DNA of 64,000 nucleotides from an uncultured bacterium (GTDB lineage Bacteria > Fidelibacterota > Marinisomatia > Marinisomatales > UBA1611), in assembly GCA_943788175.1 (NCBI GenBank), contig CALSPG010000002.1:1-64000 (forward strand). Reading direction: 5' to 3'. Each line of letters begins with the position of its first letter. The stretch's first letter is position 1. The notes under the pieces were generated by a model. It did no database searches. It had not been told where the DNA came from and saw only the letters and a program-made list of their open reading frames with translations. The translations under genes were made by a program, and so were the position numbers. Shown here piece by piece: positions 42,381 to 52,096 of the stretch.

Positions 42381-42490
42381 TTTCTCCTATATGAATTAAT
42401 ATGATAGGAGAAAACTATATATGAGCACCTGCTTGTTATTAGGGTGGGCTAATGGAGCTTACTTTGAAATTATACGACCGTATGAACTAT

Positions 42491-43123
42491 CTATCCCCAG
42501 CCTAAATGCTTGCCAAAGTTCTCAAAATACCTCACTGCTCTTAATTGAAATTGCTTTCTAATTAAATCTTTTTGTTCGTCTTCACCGTTGTATGATTTAC
42601 CACTTTCTAGAGTTTTACCATAATGATCCAATTTATATTCAACGAAAAGATCATATGCCATATCTATCTGCCTAGCTGGAATAAGACCATATTCTTTCAT
42701 TTGCCAGAAGAAAGGACACAAAGCTAAACGTAACATTATATTGTGACCTGCTCTTGGGATTTTTTCTAGTTTTATTTTATCAATAAGAACTTTATATAAA
42801 CCTCTAAAAAATATCTTATCATCAACAGTTATTTTCTCTAATGTTTTTTTTTGACCTAAAATAGTTTCTAACTGTTTTATTTCTAGTCTTTTATTGTGTC
42901 TGAGGTGGTTGATTGTTTCTATTTCAAGTTCAGATCTATCGTGCAAGTTCATTTTCATATAAAATATTGCTTTATTTAAGCTATGGGATAACTTCTTGCT
43001 TTGCTCAATATCGAAGCCATGCTCAACAAAAAATCTCATTAGGTTTTCTTTTTCTAATTTGTATTCCTCATTCACTTTTGAGCGAAGAATCTCCATGAAG
43101 TCTCTTGATTGTGTCTTCTTCAT
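42491..43123 (-). CDS. Hypothetical protein
   Basis: 210-aa ORF. Confidence 0.65.
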   Translation of the reverse strand: MKKTQSRDFMEILRSKVNEEYKLEKENLMRFFVEHGFDIEQSKKLSHSLNKAIFYMKMNLHDRSELEIETINHLRHNKRLEIKQLETILGQKKTLEKITVDDKIFFRGLYKVLIDKIKLEKIPRAGHNIMLRLALCPFFWQMKEYGLIPARQIDMAYDLFVEYKLDHYGKTLESGKSYNGEDEQKDLIRKQFQLRAVRYFENFGKHLGWG

Positions 43124-43506
43124 ATATAGATTATCTAGATATACACATTAGTAATACACCTAGAGCAATTCTAATTAGGAGGGTAAAATTCAAACTTGAT
43201 CCCTCCGCTATATCGATTTATCCAGCTTCTCGGAGTATTTTTTCTAACGTCATTGTTTTGATTTTTAGTAGTATGACTAGACGCTTGAAGGTCAGTATCC
43301 CCAGGGATTTGTAAGCTTACAGATTTAAATAAAAATGATATCAAAAGGATACTCAAAAACATTATAGTAACATGTGATTCTTTTATTTGCATACAACTAG
43401 TACTTCAACAAACTGATAAGTGTTCCAAAATCATTTTTGTAACTACATGATGTATTGTATTTCAACTCAATTGTATAAATTGGAGCAATTAATAAAGGAG
43501 TTAATT

Positions 43507-43770
43507 ATGAAATCTTATATACAAGGAATGATAACAGGTGGTGTTTTAGTTTTTGCTGCGATTGTTTTTATGGGAGCAAGAGGTGGTAACAATGGTAAAT
43601 ATCAAGTAGCAATCTCGGGAGAAGATATAATCATACTAGATACGAGTAATGGAATTGGTTTTAGGAGATTTGAGTATGGAAACGATTTGGCTCACGAAAA
43701 ATTTACTTATGAAAGTTTTAATGCCTATTTTTTGAAGCAGTTGGATGAAGCTAGAAAGAAAGGTTATTAA
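43507..43770 (+). CDS. Hypothetical exported protein
   Basis: AAGGAG RBS before MKSYIQGMITGG. Confidence 0.65.
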   Translation: MKSYIQGMITGGVLVFAAIVFMGARGGNNGKYQVAISGEDIIILDTSNGIGFRRFEYGNDLAHEKFTYESFNAYFLKQLDEARKKGY

Positions 43771-43821
43771 TTAATACTGCAGAACTAAATAGGTATCCAA
43801 CCTAGCATAAGGAAAAAATAA

Positions 43822-44367
43822 ATGGGCATTTTAAAAAATTTATTTTCATCTGATCCAAAACAAGCAAAAACAGTTGCTAAGAAAATAAATATAATTTTTA
43901 ATCATTTTTCTTATTTACTGAGAAAAGAGAAACCAGATACAATTAAAAAATTTCTTTTTGAACCCGTTAACCTTTCTATAATAAATACTCTAGTTTCAAT
44001 TGGGTATAACCAGATTGATGGAAATAATAACATGAATTCATTTTGGACTGAGAATGAGATGACAAAAAAAGATGCATCAGGCAGACACACTCCTTATGGG
44101 TTCACAAACTTAGTTTTTAGTAGATTAAAAATTAAGAGGATTAGTGTGGATGCTATGTGGAGGGAGTACTGTTATTGGAGAGTTGATAATGAAAGGGATA
44201 AGTTTCTACATAATTGGGGTGTTGGCTTAGGCATGATAATTTATGAAATTGAGGTAGCAGATTATGGTTGGGATTCTGATTATCTAGATGGTTTATTTAA
44301 TAGACATTTAGAGTTTATTAATAGCGAAGGTTACATAAATTATAAAATTAGAGTACTATCAATTTAA
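43822..44367 (+). CDS. Hypothetical protein
   Basis: 181-aa ORF, AAGGA RBS. Confidence 0.65.
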   Translation: MGILKNLFSSDPKQAKTVAKKINIIFNHFSYLLRKEKPDTIKKFLFEPVNLSIINTLVSIGYNQIDGNNNMNSFWTENEMTKKDASGRHTPYGFTNLVFSRLKIKRISVDAMWREYCYWRVDNERDKFLHNWGVGLGMIIYEIEVADYGWDSDYLDGLFNRHLEFINSEGYINYKIRVLSI

Positions 44368-45146
44368 TTTGTCATCAAATTTCCATTGATGTCATATTCA
44401 AGCCTATATACAGTTTCAGAACCTTTTCTTATGAAGCTAAGTTGTTTATTTCCATTTTTATAAAATTGATCAAGCTGTGTATGATTGAAATCATAGGACA
44501 TTAACATTTCAATTTCTTTTTCTCCTGTTTCATAATAACTTATTGTTTTAAAATATTTTTGGTCTGGTATAGTATGAGCCGTGATCTCTGTTACCCCATA
44601 TTCGGTAATCTTTTTAAGCATACCGCTTTCATACCAATCATAATGTAATCCAATATTTTCATATTCTCTTTCATCATTAGATGGTTTTTTTAATAATATT
44701 TCACCACCATATTTACTAGGCTCACCGTTATCATGAAACTCAAGCTTAACATAATAATAAGAAGCTCTAGAAAACTGAGGATCATTTTTCTCAAATTTTT
44801 TAGAGAAGATGTAATTTCCATGGTTTGACTTTATTTCATGCGGTTTATAAACTATCCAAGATTCATCTGTCGGCTTTCCATTAATGTAATCACCTCTAAT
44901 TAAAAGTTTATTTCCTTCTAAATAAAAAAGATATTCACCATTTCTAACATTATCATTGTATCTGGTTTTTGACCTTAAATCACCATTAGAGTAATAAGTT
45001 TTAACACCTACTAAAACCTCATCAAATCCCTTTCCATCATAATAATTAATTTTTTTTGGTGTACCATCCTCCCATCTTGTAATGATCTTTTCTGTTTGCC
45101 CAAAACAAACTCCGACCAATAAAACGATTAATAGATATTTTTTCAT
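44364..45146 (-). CDS. Secreted MORN-variant/YwqK-like repeat protein
   Basis: YYSNG, WYESG, YYETG, FYKNG repeats; element-derived signal peptide. Confidence 0.75.
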   Translation of the reverse strand: MKKYLLIVLLVGVCFGQTEKIITRWEDGTPKKINYYDGKGFDEVLVGVKTYYSNGDLRSKTRYNDNVRNGEYLFYLEGNKLLIRGDYINGKPTDESWIVYKPHEIKSNHGNYIFSKKFEKNDPQFSRASYYYVKLEFHDNGEPSKYGGEILLKKPSNDEREYENIGLHYDWYESGMLKKITEYGVTEITAHTIPDQKYFKTISYYETGEKEIEMLMSYDFNHTQLDQFYKNGNKQLSFIRKGSETVYRLEYDINGNLMTN

Positions 45147-46465
45147 TATCCTATCTTTGCACTTTTAGTTCTATTACACGATTCACACAGTAATTGAATA
45201 TTTCTAACAGTGTCTGCTCCACCTTTAGAATGAGGAATTATATGATCATATTCTAATTTTTCATTAATTCCACATTCAATACATTTACCTTCATCTCTTC
45301 TCCAAACTTCTCTCTGCACTGTTTTAGGTATTGGTTTTCTTTTAGATTGATTGTCACTTTTTTTTCTTTCATCTGCAAAAACGCAAATGTAGTTATCTTC
45401 AATATTTGTTATTTCATGCCCAGGATAATAAAAAACATTTTTAGGATCATAATTTTTAGGATCAAGTTGATGCCTCAAAGCATCTTTTTTTAATATTCCA
45501 GTCTCATCATACCTTTCGTCGTATTCAATAATTTTTTTAATATAATGATTAAGATCTTTGTAATGATAAATATCATAATATTCATTTTCTGCATTGTAAT
45601 ATTCAGTAGAAAGGGAAATTCCTTGTTCTAAGATTTCGAAATATCTGATTATACTGTCATGGATTTCATCTTTATCTGATAAATCTAGAGTACTTATTTT
45701 TGACCAAGATTTTTTCATACATTTAGTACATTGGATTTCTATTCCTGTGCCAGAAGAATTAGTATCTAGTAAATTAAAATATTCCGTGTTGCATTTTTTG
45801 CAATTATCAAATTTATAATTTTCTTGGATTAGACTTTTTATTTTTGGCTCAAGTATTTCAATCTCTGTTATAAATGCTTTCATTTTAGAAGAATAACTAA
45901 AAACGATATCATTGCTTTTTAACCAATTATCATAATATTCTTTTCTCTCCTCCAAAATATTTTTATAATAAAGAAGATATTCATTATTTTTCTCATCCTG
46001 ATCAAATTTTTGTTTCGGTTTACTAAAAGGATTAATCCTTTCAAAATCATTATGATTAAAGACAGCAAGTAAAATAAACCAAATAGATGAAAAAATTAGT
46101 ACCCCAGCAATCCTAAACGATTTTAATTGAATACCTATGCTAGTGTCAAATGCCCCTTCGCCAGAATAATACCAAAAATTTAAATATATAATACTAAAGC
46201 AAGCTGAAAGAGCTAAAAACAAAAATGTTATATAAAAAGAAGTATTAAGACTATGATACTTGCTTACAACCTTATCTTCACTATCACCATTACTAATAGA
46301 GTTAAATTTTTCTATAATTATATATGACAAAAATATAATTAATGCTGGAATCGATATCGAGATTAAACCAGAAAGAAACCAGTCTGATATATTAGCTCCT
46401 TTAAACCATCCATAATATGGATACATTAAAAAGATTATTATAATAATAATTAAAGCTTCTCTCAT
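45146..46465 (-). CDS. Membrane-anchored protein with Zn-ribbon and C-terminal HNH endonuclease
   Basis: VWRRDEGKCIECG..LEYDHIIPHSKGG..NIQLLCESCNRTK; 4 N-terminal TMs. Confidence 0.85.
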   Translation of the reverse strand: MREALIIIIIIFLMYPYYGWFKGANISDWFLSGLISISIPALIIFLSYIIIEKFNSISNGDSEDKVVSKYHSLNTSFYITFLFLALSACFSIIYLNFWYYSGEGAFDTSIGIQLKSFRIAGVLIFSSIWFILLAVFNHNDFERINPFSKPKQKFDQDEKNNEYLLYYKNILEERKEYYDNWLKSNDIVFSYSSKMKAFITEIEILEPKIKSLIQENYKFDNCKKCNTEYFNLLDTNSSGTGIEIQCTKCMKKSWSKISTLDLSDKDEIHDSIIRYFEILEQGISLSTEYYNAENEYYDIYHYKDLNHYIKKIIEYDERYDETGILKKDALRHQLDPKNYDPKNVFYYPGHEITNIEDNYICVFADERKKSDNQSKRKPIPKTVQREVWRRDEGKCIECGINEKLEYDHIIPHSKGGADTVRNIQLLCESCNRTKSAKIG

Positions 46466-46627
46466 ATCGAATCATTTAATTTATATAATCGTTACAGGAA
46501 TTGGTTGCACATTGCTGAGATTATTAGACCACTTTTATATAAACAAATCTACAAAAAATTACCAAATAATGCGTGAATGGCTTATTTTAACAAGCCCCAC
46601 CCCCATAAAAGCTATTTCAGTTGCATT

Positions 46628-46650
46628 TATTAAGTTGAAAAATTGGAATT
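46628..46650. repeat. 23-bp direct repeat, copy 1
   Basis: tattaagttgaaaaattggaatt, identical at 51281-51303. Confidence 0.85.
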
Positions 46651-46660
46651 GATTTAAAAC

Positions 46661-46685
46661 AAAAAACCCCACTACTGTGGGGCTT
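46661..46685 (-). terminator. Intrinsic terminator of the giant secreted protein gene
   Basis: aaaaaaccccac..gtgggg. Confidence 0.7.
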
Positions 46686-46712
46686 AATGTGATTATTATT
46701 TTTAAGTAGAAA

Positions 46713-49700
46713 CTACTTAAGCAGTACCATCTTTCTAGTCTGTCTGAACTCTCCTGCTTGGATTGTATAGATATACATTCCAGCTGAAACAGGTTGACCT
46801 AGATTATTTGTAGCATTCCACTGAATAGATCTAAATCCTGCAACTTGATTCTTATTAACCAATGTTTTCACCTCTCTACCCATCAAATCAAATACATTGA
46901 TACTTACAAACTCATTTGCTGGGAGGTCATAGCTAATGCTTGTTGTAGGGTTAAATGGATTCGGATAGTTCTGGTGCAATGCAAATACCTGAGGTATTGT
47001 CGCATCAATATCGTTTGATAGTGTTCCAGCTTGAGTAATGGATACTGTTCCAATTTGACCATCAGTAACAGTTACTACTGTTTGTGGATTCGTTGTCAAA
47101 TCATACGATGTTTCACCAATATGTAGAGAGACTATTAAAGAATCAGGAACATTATAATGCTCGGCATTAATCTGATAATCTCCTGTACCGAAGAATTTCA
47201 CTGAATATTCTTCAATATTATCTTCACCAATTGAGTTTCTAATGTCCGTTAAATAACTATTACCTAATGGACTATTCCAATCCTCATGAGTAATCCTCAT
47301 GTACACATCTGTTCCTGGCGGTGTAGGTGGCGAGACAACATCAAAACCATCATATTCATTGGAGGCTAATTCGCTAAAACCAAACGCAAGATTATTTAAA
47401 GTAAAACCCCAATCATAATCTAGATCAGTTACCTCTCTACCGCCAGTTTGCTGAATGAAATGCCTTGGGAATTCAAATCCAATAGTGTGCGTTCCTACAT
47501 AAGAACTTCCAACTACGCCAATCCACATACCTTGAATAATATTTGTGGCACTGCTCAATGCGTAATAACCATTAGCAGTCCTATTGTAGATGATAATTTC
47601 ATTTTGAGTTAAACCCATACTAGCAGCCTCGCTCCATGAATAAGCAACTGTATCTCCATCAATTTCATTCAAGAAGACTATTATACTATCTTTTTCTACA
47701 GGTCTAGCTCCTGCTCCTGCCATAATCCAGCCAGGAATAGCATTATGCTCTATATACATTCTACCATCCGTATTAACATTTTCATCATAAAGGTCAGGGT
47801 GTTCTCCACCAAAAAAGAGCAGTTCATTTTCAGCTTCATTGCCAATCCAGAAAGAACTTCCACTTTGAGCAACTTTATCTGTGTTATTTATTAACTCATA
47901 TGACTGATTATCGTGATTCCAATCATATGCAACATATGCTCCGTTTAAATCACCAGCAATAACATCATCAATTACATCACCAGAATAATATGGATGTACA
48001 AGACTCCAACCAGGTTGAATCATACTTAAACCAACAGTGTCGCCAATTACCGTTGCTTGAGCAGTGTGATCTGAGCCAAGAGTTATTCCGTCTTCACTGA
48101 ACCCTTTCACGGAAAAAGTGATATTTGGAATATGAGATGCTTGGACTAAAAGTAATAATTCAGTTAAATCAATATTAAGCGTATCATAACCAGATGAATC
48201 ATAGGCTATGTTCTCAATTATTGGAAATTCAGTCGAATTAGATAAGCTATAGACTAAGTCATAATCATATACTTCCGAGGTAAATGCTACATTTAGATCA
48301 AGTGTAGTATCTCCTGGAAATACAGATATTTCATCCAAACCGTTTACGGAGATGAAACCATCTGAACCCTCAGGATTACCAGCAACCAAGGTCACATAAG
48401 TAATGGCTGAGTTAGAGACAGGCATTTCAAAAGAACCACCATAAATTCCATTCATTTGATCTGTCATTAGTACATCATTAACATAAACAGCAAAGTTTTG
48501 AAGTGCAGTAAGGTTTCCAAATGGTAGAACCTCTACGGAAACAGTCCCATTTATGTCAGAATGAACTTCAAGATCAACTGAACGATTAAAGTTCATAAAA
48601 TCTACATTTCCAATTGAAATGTAAGAGTAATCATCACCCAAAATATTTTCCCATGAAGGATTGTGCGATACCATCCTTACTCCCTGATTAGGAGCTGCTG
48701 GTGGAGCAGGAAGATCGTATCCAGAGTCATAGCCCATACTAGCCTCATCATTTCCAGCAAAATAAAATGTACTATTCCCAGCATTCTCTACTTGCGTTGT
48801 AAGCTGAAAGTACCATTCAGGTGCGTTTACATTTCTAGATACATTTCTGCTCTCATTTCCATTTTCATCAATGTGAATGATATCATAATTATAACTTTCA
48901 CCTGGAGCTAAGGATTCATCTACGAACTGATTGAAAGACGATCCCGATGCTAATACCTCTCCATTCCTTCTTACCTCAGTGTAAGAATAATCCTCATCCA
49001 AAGGAGCATCCCATGAAAGTGTAGTTGTATAGGTAAATGTAGCAAAACTCACATTGACTGGTTCAACTGGTGCGATATTATCTACTGAATATCCATCCAT
49101 TGGGCTAGATACAAAGAAAACATCATCGTCATCTGTATGAGCTACCACTAAAAAGTTTGAAGTAAACATCCCAATATGATTTGAATCAGCAATAGTTGGT
49201 GCTGTGTAACCATAATTATCAAATTCTTGTGCAGGAGTATCGCCAATATATTCCCAGGCGTTTGTATTTCGTGTATTTAAGCGGAAATACATACCATCTG
49301 GTGTAGGTTGTGCCTCAATAGAACTAGAGCCATCTGTGTCCAATTCACGCCAAATTGAATAGTGCGTTATATCATAAACATCACTGCTGCCATCATAGTG
49401 ACTACCTGAGAATTGAATTCCGACAAACCCGCCTTGATCTTGAGGCATATCTTCAACAACTGTAATACTTGGTTCTCCGCCACCAAGGTTAGATTCTTGA
49501 GCACCACAATTATTCATGCCTCCATACATGCCCATGTCAGCTGCTAGAGTACCTTTACCGGGAGGCAAACAATTATCATAATCATCAGGGTGTGCAGAAT
49601 CTATTGCCGGACTAAAATTCGCTAATACTCCAAACTCATTTTCAAATATTGGATTAGCATTTGTTATATTATTTACACCATTAATGTTCAGACCATTTAA

Positions 49701-51162
49701 AATTGAATATTGAGAATTAAATGCAGGATTGCTCGGATAGCTTACATTATTAGCAAAATTGATAATGCTGTTAAGAAAAACAATACTCGAATTTTCTATG
49801 CTAATTGAAGCTTGATTTTGAACCTGCTCAAGAACTATGTGATTAAACAGAGGGTTTGAATTTTTTAGATAAAATATATTGCCCTTCGTTTCATAAACCA
49901 TTGAGTTTGAAAAATCTAAAGTTGAATTTATAATTTCTAGACTTGCTGAAGGCTCTAAAACCGCAGAATTAATATAGTTATTCTGATCATTTTTTATCCT
50001 CAAAGCATATAAACGATTCCAAGCACCATACCTGCTATAATATTGTAAACGATACTGATAGATACCACCTGATGGTAGAGATGCAGAATAGGTGTGATTT
50101 CCGCTTTGAAAATAATTTGAATTACTTGAATTGGAACTATTGTATATAGTAACAACACTACTCCATCCTTCATTCCAATCCTCTTCTGGATCAAAATCTC
50201 GATATTGAATGCTAAAGTCGCAATTTGAATTTCCGTTGCTAGAAAAATAAAAATCAAATTCAAGTTGTAGCCCACCATCAATGTTATCAATAAAAGGAGT
50301 CTCAAAATAAAAATAACCATAGCTTGCACTCATGCGTAAACCGTAATCTCCATCTGAGTTATCAAGATAAATTTGAGGACTATCCATATCATTATGCATT
50401 TTAAAAAGAAAAGGCTCATATGGCTGAATATTTAAAAGGTTTTGTCCATTTCCTCCAGCAGCCGGATAATTAAAGTCTTCATTGAAAATTTCTTGATAAG
50501 ACGCATTTTGATTTAGACTATTTACTGTAGAGATATTTATGTCTGATAAATATGAATATGACATTATTGAACTATCAGAGTTCAAAAAAGACAAACCAAG
50601 CCATTCATCATTTTCATGACCTATCAATTTAATTAAACTGTCTGGTTTACCCTCTGCTATCAATCTTCCTAATACAGAAAATTGCGTATTATCCTTAAAT
50701 TTTAACTCTACTCCCGGCTTTAATTCTAATATATTGCCCTCTTCAACATAAATATCTCCATCAATATCATAAGGTGAATAATCTGCTGATATGACACCAG
50801 ACAAACTTCCAGTTAAACTATTTACTACTTCAGCGTTTAACATAACAGCTGCTGTCCCAAAGGTGCTTCCTGCTAGCACTACTCTGGCTATCAAAATTTC
50901 CTACTTGAGGAGGATCAAAAGTCACAACCACTTGTTGGGTTTGACCATCAGTCATAGCAATCTCAGTTATGTCAACACTATAAAAACTTGGTGGTGTTAT
51001 TGTTATTGTCTGATCAAGATTACAAGTAAGCGTAAAAGTTTGCGTTGGGGTATTCCCCATTAAAACATTTCCAAAGTCTAAAGTGGATGGCGATACTACA
51101 ATTGCATCCTGTGAAAATGTTAAAGAAAATAAAAGAATAAATGACGAAAGCATCTTTTTCAT
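46713..51162 (-). CDS. Giant secreted multidomain protein with T9SS/FlgD-Ig tail; 1-nt frameshift near 50882
   Basis: Signal peptide and Ig-like domain in 50830..51162 join ...GNFDSQ/VVLAGSTFG of 46713..50894; CTD at the end. Confidence 0.8.
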
Positions 51163-51280
51163 TGATATAGTTCCTCTTGTGTTGAAAAAATATAAACAAA
51201 TTAAATAAAATATGTTAGGATTCGATTTAACGGCTTATTATACAAATATCCCACTCCCTCTCACTTATATCAATTTCATA

Positions 51281-51303
51281 TATTAAGTTGAAAAATTGGA
51301 ATT
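51281..51303. repeat. 23-bp direct repeat, copy 2
   Basis: Identical to 46628-46650. Confidence 0.85.
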
Positions 51304-51437
51304 ACATCAAAATAAATCGTGTCCCGGAAATTAGTGTCCCGTTTTAAGTGTTTTATGATAATTGGTGATAATGTATGATAAAAGAAAACCAACGATTTTA
51401 TAGAGGGCTTGTCGTTAATAAATGGCGTTTATTCTCA

Positions 51438-51485
51438 GTGCGCCCGACAGGATTCGAACCTGTGACCTTATGCTCCGGAGGCATA
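51438..51485 (-). tRNA. 3' 48-nt fragment of tRNA-Arg(CCG) (att site 1; not a complete tRNA)
   Basis: Minus strand TATGC-CTCCGGA-GCATA anticodon arm, ACAGG-TTCGAAT-CCTGT T-arm, acceptor 3' strand; no D-arm or 5' acceptor strand upstream. Confidence 0.85.
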
Positions 51486-51559
51486 GGCTTACATCTATTA
51501 AATGACTAATTTGATTTGATAGATTTCAAAACATCTTTCCTTAATTTATATCAAGCTAT

Positions 51560-52087
51560 ATGATTAATTATCCTTATTTAAGACTATTAAAAGCCTACTA
51601 CGACTCCAAATCAAAGGAACCTTTAAAAATTGAGGGTGAATCCATTCTTAGGTTCCGTGCAGGTATTTTTGATATCGATCCCTATATGGAAATCAATAAT
51701 GGCCGATATCACACTTTAGGAGATATTGGAAGATTTAACCATGGGTTTCGTACGGGGTTCTATAAAAAATCGAGAAAGCACAACTTAATATTTACCTTAG
51801 CAGGAGCAACCGCAAAGTACCGACACCGAATTCCTTTTTGGAAAAAGTTTGAAATGAGAACCAAACTCGTATTTACAGATGACAGATGGGTTTACTATAA
51901 AACAGATTTTCATTCCGAAGGCAGGTTAAGCTCTAGCATTTTAGCAAGAACAGGCACTGTCAAAAACAGAAAACTTATAACAACAAAAGAAGCGGCTAAC
52001 TATTTCGAATTAGACGTTCCAGATTACGATCTACCAGATTGGGTATCTCTCTGGATTAAATCAGATTCAAAATATCCAGGTTTTTAA
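51560..52087 (+). CDS. Thioesterase-like (hotdog fold) protein
   Basis: DIDPYMEINNGRY..DIGR. Confidence 0.8.
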   Translation: MINYPYLRLLKAYYDSKSKEPLKIEGESILRFRAGIFDIDPYMEINNGRYHTLGDIGRFNHGFRTGFYKKSRKHNLIFTLAGATAKYRHRIPFWKKFEMRTKLVFTDDRWVYYKTDFHSEGRLSSSILARTGTVKNRKLITTKEAANYFELDVPDYDLPDWVSLWIKSDSKYPGF

Positions 52088-52096
52088 TATCTTTTT

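Larger units (their letters stand above)
40096..51485. mobile_element. tRNA-Arg-targeting integrative element (~11.4 kb)
   Basis: Direct tRNA 3' repeats at both ends, integrase at the left end, xis-like and Rep-like genes, matching internal arm-like repeats. Confidence 0.8.

Noticed and set aside
51438-51515. Intact tRNA-Arg gene
   Set aside because: The 5' acceptor strand and D-arm are absent.
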